Source: Catajapyx aquilonaris
Taxonomy: Eukaryota
DNA: 28,262 bases
Direction of reading: 5' to 3'
NCBI GenBank assembly: GCA_000934665.2
Contig: KZ538014.1
Location: 186,001 to 214,262, forward strand
The translations under genes and the position numbers were made by a program. Of the stretch, positions 1 to 11,495 are shown one piece after another. A model generated the notes under the pieces. That model searched no databases, was not told the origin of the DNA, and saw only the letters and a program-made list of their open reading frames with translations. The first letter of the stretch is position 1. Each line of letters opens with the position of its first letter.

Positions 1-3000
1 TCAAGGATGGCCTATCAGGGGCTCCTAACAGTCTGTTTGAGGAGATCTTGCGCCCCTTTTTGGGAGCTTACGAGATAGTGGGGAGTACGGCAACTTCAAT
101 AAAGTGAAACACTGTACTTTGCCGGGTTACGACCAAATTGAATTGAAGTTATTAGGTACGGAGCTCGGGTACGGAAAAGGAGGCGGAAGGAAAGGTTCAA
201 TCCCTTGGTAGGGGTTGGGGGGGAACCCAGGCCACAATGCGCTTGTTTATTAATTAGTGCATCAGGATGCGTTTTGTCACACGCGGGTTATGTCCCATTT
301 GCCACAAGTACGTGTTGAATTTCAATTGGAGGCAAAGAAGTGAAATAAATTCTGGCTGTGTAATGTCGAGTGCGATGGATTGTTACGGGCGAGTTAATTG
401 TTTCAATAGGTATATACGGGGCGCGTCGACAGTGACGCGCCATATTAGGAAACAACGACCTGATTTTGTTTGTTGACCATCGCATTTATAGGCACGATTA
501 TAGAGATGTGATAGCCAACCAAACGCTGAAACATTGGACGTGTGATGGGGGACCAGTCATCTTCATTATTTGGTTCGGAGTGGATTAGATGATCTGCAGT
601 TCTTTCCAGTGGATATGGTGGTGGAACAAGAAAAGAAAAAAAAGTTTGAGCAGCAGCCATGATTGGAGCGGGCCTAACAGGTACATTAGGGCGCGGCGAA
701 AACGTCCCTCGCCTGCAATCACTCAGGCTGGACGACCCCACCAACTTGACTGCTCCTGGCGACTACAATTCTCCAAGAACTAATTAAGGTTCGGACAGCG
801 ATAGAACCAGGACCAAATTCTCGTCTTCTCCCAGAGAGGCTTATTTCCTTAGAGAAACTGCATGGGCGTTGGAAAGGCCCAAGAAAAAGAACCGAAAAAA
901 AGCAATAACGGGCTTGGAAAGGCTCGTGTCCGAGTTTGTTTTCCAATCTGGCTGCGAAAACTTTTTCCTCTAGTTTTTTTTTCTTCTTCCGTTTCTCCCT
1001 CAACGTTTTTGGCGCCTTTTCTTTTTCCCCTCTCGTCGATTCAGGAGGCTGGAAGAAAGTTTCCTCCGATGGGATAGCTCTTCACCATTTGGGTTCCCTG
1101 TTGGGGGGAAGAAACGGAATGAATACGGCGCCACCACCCAAATGTATAGCTGGTGCCTTCGGCCACTTTCTCCGAATTCGAGGAATATCTTCGCCCAGTG
1201 CACGCTTGCTGGGAAGTGCGGAAGTATAGGAGGTGTCCTGGGGGTCTTTGAAGGGGGGATGGAAAATGATAAGGGTAGGTTAGATGGAGGGAAAAGATAG
1301 AGAGGGTTTTCTCATCTCCATGCAAGGCGCACACTCATCAGTTTCTGGGGGTCGTGCCTTGAAAAAGCTCTTATAATTCCAATGTGGCACCCATTGCATA
1401 AAACAGGTGGGTGTAAAAAACATAACGTGTCGCCTGCAGACGGCGTGACGGAATAAAAGGCGTCGCAAATCGTTTCATAGGTGAGATTTTCTGGGGCGGC
1501 AGTTGGCTCCGATTTTGGCAAAGATTTGAGGCTATAAATTAGAAAAAAAGGGGGGAGGTGGGATATAGAAGAAAAATCATCGATACTATAAGAACAAAAA
1601 ATGGTCGTAACAGCTTCCACCTCTGGCCCCCCCAAAAGTAAAACTTACGGGCCAAATTCCAGGCTTGTTTTTCCTAACTTGCTCCATCCCCTGCAAGCCC
1701 CGGGTATTATTAATGTTCCGCGGAACAATCTCGAATCGTAAATCGTCTTCTAGTATGAGTGACCCCGCTCCTTTTTGACCACAAGTCTCCTAAATCATGG
1801 GGGTTGGGGGAACCAAAGCGGTTCCTCTCAGGGGAGATCCCATGTATTATTTCTTATCATCTCTTTCTTGTTACGCTTTTTTTTGATGCATACGACCTGC
1901 ATGGATGACCTGCTAGAATAGCTCACATATTCACATATTCGGGAAGTGCCCGGTTTAAAATATCTTGAAGGTCAAACTGCATGCTTGGAGTTGAGTAACC
2001 TTCACGGCGATCCGGTCATAAAAGCTACCGACGTTTTACATCGATGCTCATCTGCAGATTACAGCGAGAAACAAGCAGTAGAAATACTCATTTTTAACAC
2101 TGTAAAGCTTTCACAGTTTGGGATTCATGACAGTAACACTGCGTAACTCGTGATTGGTGCGCGTAAAAACGTTAGGGGCATAGCTAGTTAGTGAAAGGCA
2201 ATGTATGAGGTAATAAACTAATTAAGAGTGATTACGGTTGTGCAATTATTTATGTAATCAATATAAGTGGATTGGGGGGGGGGGGTAGTTTTATCGATCT
2301 ATAATGTGTCAAGTAGACCGTTATTCCTTGCGCATAAAGTGTACCAATCATTTAGGGCCGGCCTGGATCTGGACAAAAAAGGGCAGTAATGGAAATGTGA
2401 GAGGGGACTGTGAATAGCCTGTGGGGGCCGAAAGCCTATCGACTGAAATTGCAAGAGGAAAAGTTTGGTACAGTAGAAAGTAGGAAAATGCCGGATAAAA
2501 ACATGGCTGAATTGCTGACCAATCCGGCAAAGAGGTTTCCTGGCCCCACCTCTGAATGCCATTTCCATCTGGCGCAGTTCCTCTAATGGGCGCATGCGGC
2601 GTGATATTGTATCATTCATCCACAGTGTTTTGTCACTACTTGCGCATCCTTTCGGTTGTTATTTGCCACAATATTGGGAGATAAATCTTCAAAATATTTG
2701 AAGCCGATATTTAAACGAGTAATCGCTATATTACTACAAAATTCGTAGAAATGGGCTCATACTTTTTAGACTTAGGACCGGTCATATCAATTATTAAGAA
2801 AACTTTCAGTAATGCATTAGGAATGTTAAAATTGTAGTCATGCAACAGGGTCTATAAAGAATGATTGTGTATATACGCTTTGGTTACCTTGGCGATTGCT
2901 AAAATGGCAGTTAACTTGTCAGCAATAAGCCCCGGTTGTTGTAACACAAATTATGAATAAATGTAAAATTATGAAGACCTGATATGGTGTAATATTTTGG

Positions 3001-4552
3001 GTAAACCTAACTTGAAAGTAGCTTGTTTGCCACTAAATAAATTAGTTGCGTCCAAAAATTTGTGAATAAACATGATTTGTAGATACTATGCAAATTTCAT
3101 TTGCTATATATCGTGACTCAATTTCAGGGCTTTGTAATATTTGCAGCACTCAATTGGAAATGTTAACAAATTTCAGTAGGTGCCAAAGTAGGTGCAACCG
3201 GGCCTAAATTAGCAAACGCATACAGCACCAGACTGATGTGCTATTGTGTACACTCAACCGAGCCAGGTTTTGAGGCAAAAAAACATGAAAGCTCGTAAAT
3301 TATTTCCGCGTAACAGGCCATTGAATAATGTGCGTAAATGGGAGGAGGTACATTGTTCATAAAACTTGGGGGCCGGCACATCCGAAACCAGCTTTCGGAG
3401 AGGAAACGATAATGAGACCCAAATAAAGCTCACCAATATGGCCAGTTTCTGAACTGCATAATGACAGCATGATAGTTATATCGCACTTGTTTCCCACAGT
3501 TGACGCCTATCCTAAATGGCCCAATACTAACCATGCAGGTGTGCCCCGGTCAACAAGCAAACCTGACCCCTGCAATATTCGAGACGCATGCTGTGCCTAC
3601 ACAAGCACAAAGGTCAGCATATTTGGCACTACTTTCGCCGCATTGCAACCACACGCGGAGGAAGCGGATGCTTAAAATTCGAGTGATTATAGAAGAGTTT
3701 CATAGTTTTTGGGTGCGTTTGTCCTTGCACTTGGACAAGCATAGGACTATAAATTGATTAGGAGGAGTGTCAGGCGGGAAGGGACGGAACTTGTTGGCTG
3801 GGAAAGCTCCGCCTGTGCGTGTTGGGGGACAGCCCAAATAAATCAGGACCCTTGCTGCTGCTGCCAGCCTTTTCTTTATTAGAAGGGAGAAGGACAGAGC
3901 CCAGTGGGTTGCATGCACCCCTTGGTGCTAGTCTCGTCCAGTGTTGCAACAACCTCTTTTTTTTCTAAGAAATCAGTCTTTTCTTTGGCAGGCACGGATC
4001 TGAGCAGAAACAATGCAATCACCTCTGAATCGTAAAGGCTGCTTCCTATTGTATTACAGAACACACTCCTGTCGAATGCAGTCCTAAAATCCGTGACGGA
4101 ATGGCGGAGCATCGCTCAAACCTTGCCTCGTATGTAATTTGGCCGCATTCAAATGACCCCGTTTGGGCACCCAACCACCCTCTTTTTCCGGAACGTCCAG
4201 GGCCACCCACCCTACCCCACTATCAGTTGGTGGAAATTGATCAGTCAGTGGAAGCCTCATAAAGTGGGGCCGCCAACTGCAAAAGATCTCGGCGTTATCT
4301 GGCGCCGATTGCTGTGGCTGCCCATCAACGCCCGGAACGGACTTGGCTCCCGGCACAAAAATGAACATGTCGCACTTTTTTTTGTATTCTTTTTTTGTCA
4401 TCCCCATTCCTTTGCCACACTGGCACGGATTTATGTACACACGCCTTGTTCTGCTCGACATGTGTTGTTCACACCCATCAAAATAATATGGGTCTCGACA
4501 TGGAATAAGCTGAGGATGAACCTGGGTTAGGCTTCTATACAGTATACATACA

Positions 4553-4623
4553 TCGACGCCTAAGGATTATATTGTCGTATGTCCATTGTTAAAACATACG
4601 ACAATATAATCCTTAGGCGTCGA
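4553..4623. repeat. Perfect 30-bp inverted repeat (hairpin), probable miniature fold-back/MITE remnant
   Basis: Left arm tcgacgcctaaggattatattgtcgtatgt (4553-4582) is the exact reverse complement of 4594-4623, with an 11-nt loop (ccattgttaaa). No clear TSD. Confidence 0.9.
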
Positions 4624-5098
4624 CATAATTATAGGCTACAATACAGCATTGTTTGTGTTATTTCAGTTAATAATTTAAAAATATATATTTTTGAACTAAT
4701 TTGCATTATGTACTTTTTTGTACTGAAAATTACTCGCAAGGCGATATCATTATAAGAAAACATGACCCTGAGGGACGCATCCTTGAAGGTTCAGGGACGG
4801 GGAAATCTGAAACCACAACAGGACACGGCATTGATGACGAAGGCGTCTTCTCAAATGCTGACCTTAGGTTGTTGTACCCCTTCAACCGTATGGGGTATAT
4901 TTGTCAATGTGTTATTGGATCATAACGGGCGTAATTTTGTAGATTACTGCAAGGATTCATTTTGGGTTCATCACCGTTTAAGCCTGGTTAATGACTTAGG
5001 CAAAGACAACAACATCCGTGAACTCAGCTGTTGACCGAACAATGACATTTGTGGAGTCTTTCACCTTGTCCGCAACGCTGAGAATATTGTCCGTTACA

Positions 5099-5171
5099 CC
5101 GTCGGTTATCATGACAGTGTTATGATAACCGACAGTGTCATGATAACCGACAGTGTCATGATAACCGACGG
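5099..5171. repeat. Three tandem 18-bp units plus one inverted copy
   Basis: agtgt(t/c)atgataaccgac at 5116-5133, 5134-5151 and 5152-5169. 5099-5116 (ccgtcggttatcatgaca) is the reverse complement of 5154-5171. Confidence 0.92.
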
Positions 5172-5343
5172 AGAATCCCTATGACAATCTGAAATCAAGC
5201 ACAAAATTAGGACCAAATCTATGCGAATTCTTCACCAGTTAACTAACTTAAGGACAAAAGCTTATGCTCTTAAATATTTATTTTGCTCATAATCAGAAAA
5301 ATATTTAAATTACGTGAAGCAAAGCGATGAATATAATAGAGGT

Positions 5344-5460
5344 ATTGGGTGGAATTTTCGTCCCACTGCTATAGCTGCTGCTAACTTAGCAGTAACCACC
5401 CCCAACACTGGTACTGCTAAGTTAGCAGTAACCAGTAGTGGGACGAAAATTCCACCCAAT
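5344..5460. mobile_element. 117-bp palindromic MITE-like element nested in the centre of the fold-back element
   Basis: Perfect 24-bp terminal inverted repeats (attgggtggaattttcgtcccact at 5344-5367 and its reverse complement at 5437-5460). Inner inverted pair ctgctaacttagcagta / tactgctaagttagcag, each itself palindromic. No TSD recognised. Confidence 0.75.
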
Positions 5461-5910
5461 GTTTTTATCCTAACTCACCAGAGCCACCCATTTTACTCCC
5501 TTGTTCACAGGTCAGGCTAAATTACAGGATGAAGATGTGACTAGCGTTACTTGCAATATTCAAAAGTCCGAGCGCCCGGTTACTGTATAAATACTTAGGT
5601 GTGTACCTGATTATCAGCAAAATACAGATTTAAAAGGACGTGCTTTTGTTCCAAAGTCAAGGTGATGAAGAGTATGCAACATAAACTTGGACCTAATTTT
5701 GTGCTTAATTTCAGACAGTAACTACTGCTATCACAGGAATTCCCCGTCGTTTATCAAGTCAGTATTATGGCAGGTGCACCGGACGTTGGGTACATCAGTG
5801 GGTTCAGGTGTGTACTCATGACGAAACCTACCTTTTATACCTTCTTTAGCCGCATCACATGGGATATGTGAAAATAAGTCCCATAACTCGGTTCTTGCTG
5901 TTCCGCCATT

Positions 5911-5919
5911 AATAATAAC

Positions 5920-5969
<50 letters not shown>

Positions 5970-5974
5970 TAATA
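5911..5974. repeat. (AAT)n microsatellite, forming the 3' tail of the SINE
   Basis: Near-perfect AAT run directly next to the left TSD copy. Confidence 0.95.
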
Positions 5975-6248
5975 TCTTACCCCGTTATCAGCCTTTTTCG
6001 GCTCTTTAGGGGGGATTCTTGTTTTGTCTGGAACTCTTGCTTAAATGTTTACTTTTTGCTTTTTGGGATAGGATAGGGAGGGAAGGAGGCGGCTGTGGCC
6101 TTTTTAGGAAGAAACCCCGGAATTCTCCTGGAGGGACCGTGGGAAACCACAGAAAACCACGGTTAGAGTTGCCGGCCCCGGGGCTCGAACCCAGGACCTC
6201 CCGATTAGCAGTCGGACCCTATAGCCACTACACCAAACTGCTTCAGTA
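5912..6248 (-). mobile_element. Full-length tRNA-derived SINE with (TTA)n tail and 14-bp TSD
   Basis: Identical direct repeat ctgttccgccatta at 5898-5911 and 6249-6262. On the minus strand: A box TGGTGTAGTGG (6225-6235), B box GGTTCGAGCCC (6181-6191), anticodon-like arm TCCGA-CTGCTAA-TCGGG (6200-6216), a non-tRNA body, then a 3' (TTA)n tail. Confidence 0.93.
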
Positions 6249-9200
6249 CTGTTCCGCCATTACAATATTGGACCTAGGCGTAGACATATAAGAACTATCG
6301 AATTGTGCCATTTGTTTACTATTCCTGTTTGTGTCATTGACAGACACATTACTAAAATTAACAAGAACTAAGTCGGATTCCGGTTTGCACAAGTGTTCTA
6401 AGAGGGAAGGAACTAAATTAGAGCAAAAGTGACGTAGCCAGATACATGATCAATTGATTAGTGAAGATTTTGTTGGCAGTTTCCCAGTAGCACGTGCCAT
6501 CAACTAGGTCAGTGGTGTGGCATAACTGTATACACATGCCAGATGAAGGTACAGGTTTGCTCTAGGGCCCTGAGCGTCCAAAAAACGCGTCCAAAATGAC
6601 GCAAAGTGCGCATAATGCTGTAGCATTATGACGTGATTTGAGTTAGAAGCAGAGAGAGGCGGGTAATAGCATGTGTCAGGCGGGTCAGAAGTAACAGGCA
6701 GGCATGGCGGGTTAATTTTCTTAGCGCATTCCGTCAACTCGATGTGGCGGGCAACTGGGCATTGGACGGGACAGATATCCGGGCGCCTATTCGGGCTAAT
6801 GTTATTTATGGCGGCCATTCTGTTTGGGCCGCACACGGGACAAAAGGGGCATCTTCTGTCATGCGGAAGTAAAGGTCTCCGTCCCATGGCAGCCAAACCC
6901 CGCCGACATGGACTTAATCGTCCGGCAAAACTGCAGCCTGAATGTGCCTTCTTCATGTCCTTTAGCCATCCAAATGCCCGGAATATGAAGAATGTAATGG
7001 AGAAAAGAGAACCGGAGTTTTTTTTAGAGGGGGGGGGGGGAGAGAGATGCAGGGCTTAACCTCCGTTTTATTATCTATCCTGCATGGTATAGGCCCAAAT
7101 ATGGCGGATATTTCGAGCGGGCAGAAATGACCGGAAGTGACATGCTACACAAAAATTGAGCCAGTCCTTATTGCATAACCTGGGCCGTATTAAAATGTCA
7201 GGAATGTCGATGAGCCACTTGAATAGGGCCATTGTAGGCACTCTTGCATATATACCACTGGCTGCAGGCTGCATGTCCTCCGCGGCAAATTTTATTTGGC
7301 TATTTCGTGACTGTTTATGGGTTGTTACCTGTGTGCAATGAATATGAAGGATCTGTAAGCTGTCAGGAGAGTTTTAATGGTACGATGGTATCGCGCTGGG
7401 GAAAGAGAGGCTGCATGAATGGTTCACTAAGAGGCTTGGATCTTGTGGGATTCATCTCCCGGAATTTCCAAGCTGGATGAGGGCAGCACTGAGGGGGGAC
7501 GCGTATAGGGGAGGGTAGTAAAAATGGCGGCTCAATACAAACCCATTGAAGGCCAGTAAAAAGCGCACTCTCTTCTGCACTGCGAGTAAGCTGGGGGCTT
7601 ACGGGACTTGCGGTCTCACGTCAACTCCTTTGCGACCGCAAAAACCCATTTACAAGTCCGTAAAAGGGTCACGAGTCCCTTTGCGTTCATTTTCCAGTGT
7701 TCGAGTGCCATTTCTGGCCGGTGGAGAGGGCACAAAAAAGGTGGGCTAGGGGGGTGTNGGGGCAAATTAAATGCGGAGAAAATCGGTGTCATCCAAATTA
7801 GGTATGAAATGTCCATTCACCTTTACAGTGGTCATTCTGCGCTTGCATAATTGCGGGATGACCAGCAGTTATGGCTTAGTAATCGGTCTAGTTCGGAGCG
7901 GTGGGAAGCGCATAAGGGACTCACATCTGAATATATTGTTAGTGAGTGTACTGTACAGTCTTGCACAGTGCAGTATTCCCATGTAGCTGTTCTCAAATTA
8001 TTTATATGATGCATTGAGGCTTAACCTGCCCCAAAGCTTGTCTAAGAAGATTGTGCATCGTATAGTGTTCATGTATACATTCTGCGATGTAGGCTACAGT
8101 ATGTTAAGCATAATAATATAATTTTAGAATTTATGTTTCTTCTCTGATCTGCATCATAATGCTTTTCTGATGTTGATTTATACAGGAACTCATTACCTAC
8201 GAAACACTCGTTATATGACGCGTGAGGATATACTATATAGTACACGGAAGCTCATGTCCTGAAATGTAACCTCTGTTGACAACTTGATTCTCACGAAAAC
8301 ATCCGGTATACTTGTCTGGGTAAAATCTGCATGCTTCAGAAAAGGCAGAAGTCTTGAGGTTTTACATCTATTACATTCAGTTTATTGGGAAATCCAGTAA
8401 GCCGCCTGGAGAAACAATGCGTATATATTTGTGTTGTAATCGCAATGATACGACGACTATTACGGGAGTGTTACATACGTTTGTTATCGGAAGAATATTC
8501 TTATTAATCTGCTAAATACTGGAAACATGGAGATTGTGTGACTATGATAGTTTTCACAGGCTGGTGTGGTAGGAATATTAGATTCCGCAGGTCTACTAGT
8601 TGTTAAATGTGCTGGGCTATGCAACTTATTTATCTGAAGCGTGCCGGAATCAGAGTTCAACTTGGGTCGAACAGTTCTCGGCAACTTGAACACAATCGCA
8701 GAAAATCAACGCTTTCGGTGGCCATTTGACACGGTTCGTAAGTTCAAGAGGCCAAATGGAATCGAACTAAGAAAAGGCTTTTGGAGACATTGGGTGGCGT
8801 TTCACTGGAAAGTTGAAGAGAACTTTTCGATTCAGAATGCTTCCTATAATGCCCCAATCTGAAGAAACAAATACAATTTTTCCCCACGTGTTCGGTAGGG
8901 CCCGTAGAAAGCTTTGATTTGGTACCACAAATAATAATGTAAGTATGAATTTTGTTAAGAACTTTTTTACTGAAATTGTGCATTAAATAATACAGCGTAT
9001 GTAACACATTGTGTAATAACTTTCTCCAACTCTCCTATAAACGTTACATTTTAATTATTGCCGAATTTTTGTTTGCATAAAAAATGACATGCAGTAACCT
9101 TGCTTGAAAGTACAGTAGGCTACATAAACCTTAAAGGAAGAGCCATAGTTAAATTATTATCGGTCGTCCCGGGCAGAAATATGTTGCTCCAAGTACCGGT

Positions 9201-10602
9201 ATCTGGAATTGTTCGTATAAATTAACTGCGTAATGTATAAGGTACCAGAACCACGACCAAGTTACTATACCTTGAAGTTTCGTACTTTATATAATAATAT
9301 TAACGTCAAGCCACACTCATTTTGTATCTACAGTGTATGATATAAGTAAGTTGATGATTATCTAGAAGGTGCAAAATTTAAACTGACGATACGATGTCTT
9401 TGCCATCACTGTGCTTGCATCTAATAAACTTCAAGAATTCTCATTTGATATTGTTTGCAAATGTCACCGTTCTTTTTTTTTATTTTTCAGTAATTGACAA
9501 TTTCATAATTTTATCCGACATTATGTCGTGGGCAGAAAATTAGTCATTTTATATACCAAATTAGTGCCTATTTTTAAAAATGGAGTAGTGTGACAGTTGA
9601 ATGACCAAAAGCATACACAAACTCCCGACACATTCAAGAACAAAGGTTGACTGTGGCGTCTGGTGATTTACGACATTGCTAAATGGCATGAGAATGATCC
9701 GTTATTTGGCCCTTTCCCCCACCCGATATCTCCATTTAAATTATGCCTGTCACGCAGTTGAATGGTAAACGCCTGGGGACATTGTGCATTTTTCCCCTTT
9801 TAAATACCTGTAATTGTCATGATGGTGATAACGCATAATCTAATTACTATAGTAAGCAGGTGGAATATAACCTAAAAATATGCATTAAGTAGGAGAAATA
9901 TTAGCAAGTAACGTTCATACGTGTTACTGGGGACACAAATGCACGTTTAACATACTTCCCTGTTAGTCACCAATTTTTATTCGTGTCAATATTTCACACA
10001 GAATTATGAGATCCAGCATTGTATATCAGAGAAAAGCACATCATCATTTGTAGTTGCATTTATTCCAGTTGAGTGCAAAGTCTTCGAGGTTTTTGCCTGC
10101 GGTTATGAAATGTTTTACATTTCGCTCTAAAATTCTAGAAAAAGTCATGATTTAGATTTTAGAGTGCAAACCAAAATGGTATCCATGGAAGTTGGTCGGA
10201 AAGACGTTTTCTCCTATAGCTGGTGGCGCCGCCATGCGGAAAGTGTTAAAAAAGATATAAAGAGATTTAGTGTGTTGCATCGGGCAACTCCGCATCTCCA
10301 GGCCCATTTTCTCCACAATATTGCCTGCTGGTTCTTGACTTTCCCAATACGGCACTGGCTGCCCCTCGCTTATACCAGACAACGCATATTTTCCGACTTT
10401 GGCATCTCATCCTGTGCTTACCTTTCACTTCTGAGAGAAACGGATTGCACCCACAGAATCAAGATTTTTGCTTCCTTATTAGAGATCACCTTGTCGTAAA
10501 AGTGCAGTGACCCTTTAAAGCTTGTGTGATCGTTCTATGCTGCTTTTTGGTTATTCAGAATTATAAGCAAATGCTATATTAGACAGCGTATAAGAATAAA
10601 TT

Positions 10603-10708
10603 GGACACCTGGATCGGGATGCAACAAGCTATGCAAAAATAACTACAAGTACCTCGGAAGATCGGATTAGCGATAACTAAAAACGACCCTGATACTTGGA
10701 ACACCCTG
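10603..10708. mobile_element. Solo right arm of the CAGGGTG-type Tc1/mariner MITE family
   Basis: Ends ...gatacttggaacaccctg followed by TA. Contains atcggg..caacaagcta..aaaaataactac as in the right arm of 18151-18442. No left arm seen upstream. Confidence 0.8.
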
Positions 10709-11353
10709 TATACAACGCCGATAGTTGTACAGTTCTGATTACACAATTTCACATCCCTTAAATTGAGGTAATGGAATGGGGAAACCGTTAATGCACATAT
10801 TAACTTCATTAATGTCACTGGTTTGCTATCAGTGTGAATTGTGTCAAAACTATTGCTATAAAATTTACTCTGTGACATAATTATAATAAGGGGTCTGTCT
10901 GTTATATGAATTACGTTGCATCCCTTGCAGATAAAGCCATTATAAAAATTACACCCAATTTCACACAGAGTATGCGTCTTATTCCCGAGCTTAAAGGCTA
11001 TAATCATAACAAGAGAACATGGCATATTAGCTAACATGGCGTGAGTAACTTATCGGCTGGACACACGCGGCAGTTCCTTTACCTTGTTGCTGTTATAATT
11101 GACCCCCCTACATAAGCATACAGCTTAGTATACTTAGTCACGGCATTCTTGGCAGCCGACACTACACAGTTTCTTGCTCCACGTCCGTTGATGTACACAC
11201 ACAAAACGATGACACACTTTAGACAGAGAACTATCATATGACACACAAAACCTTGCCAGACAATTTCGGCAACGCGTTTTGTGTCAAAGGACAGAACTTT
11301 GAGCAATTTGATGTGGCACACTGTACATCCTCATTCGCTTCTGTCCAAATGTA

Positions 11354-11495
11354 CTATTGGTCTCGATTAGTTTCGGCCACTTTATCCTGGTCTTGAAGCA
11401 ACCCTTCGCACAGGCCCCACGGTGAGGAGGTGTGTGTATGTGAAGGGTTGCTTCAAAACCAGGATAAAGTGGCCGAAACTAATTGAGACCGATAG
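11354..11495. mobile_element. 142-bp MITE with TA TSD (IS630-Tc1-mariner type)
   Basis: 59-bp inverted arms with 5 mismatches (ctatYggtctcRattagtttcggccactttatcctgg...), flanked by TA at 11352-11353 and 11496-11497. Confidence 0.88.

Larger units (their letters stand above)
5089..5784. mobile_element. Degenerate non-autonomous fold-back DNA element with ~200-bp imperfect inverted arms
   Basis: 5188-5223 matches the reverse complement of 5680-5715 at 32/36. Similarity continues inward (acaaaagc; tattttgct.ataatcag, to ~5296/5607) and outward (tgataa.cgacgg.gaat; gtccg.t.cacc at 5089/5784). Exact ends and TSD are not resolved. Confidence 0.7.

Noticed and set aside
194..204. B-box-like ggttcaatccc
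   Set aside because: No upstream A box, cloverleaf, tail or TSD.
2775..3204. Possible PIF/Harbinger-like element (ggtgcaaccgggcc|taa right end)
   Set aside because: The putative left TIR matches only 9/14 and the flanking trinucleotides differ (TTA versus TAA). It may be an old remnant but cannot be supported.
5099..5171. Possible CRISPR array
   Set aside because: Units are contiguous 18-mers with no spacers, there are no cas genes, and the context is eukaryotic.
6170..6242. Genuine tRNA-Ser(GCT) gene
   Set aside because: Acceptor stem pairs poorly, the long variable arm is absent, and it sits within a TSD-bounded, tailed SINE.
7758..7758. Single ambiguous base n in a G-rich run
   Set aside because: Sequencing or assembly ambiguity, not a biological feature.
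8560..8738. Possible exon between cag acceptors (8559/8589) and a gtaagt donor (8739)
   Set aside because: Stop codons in all three frames.
10505..10518. Kolobok-like terminus cagtgaccct|ttaa
   Set aside because: No matching opposite terminus found in the window, and the match is too short alone.
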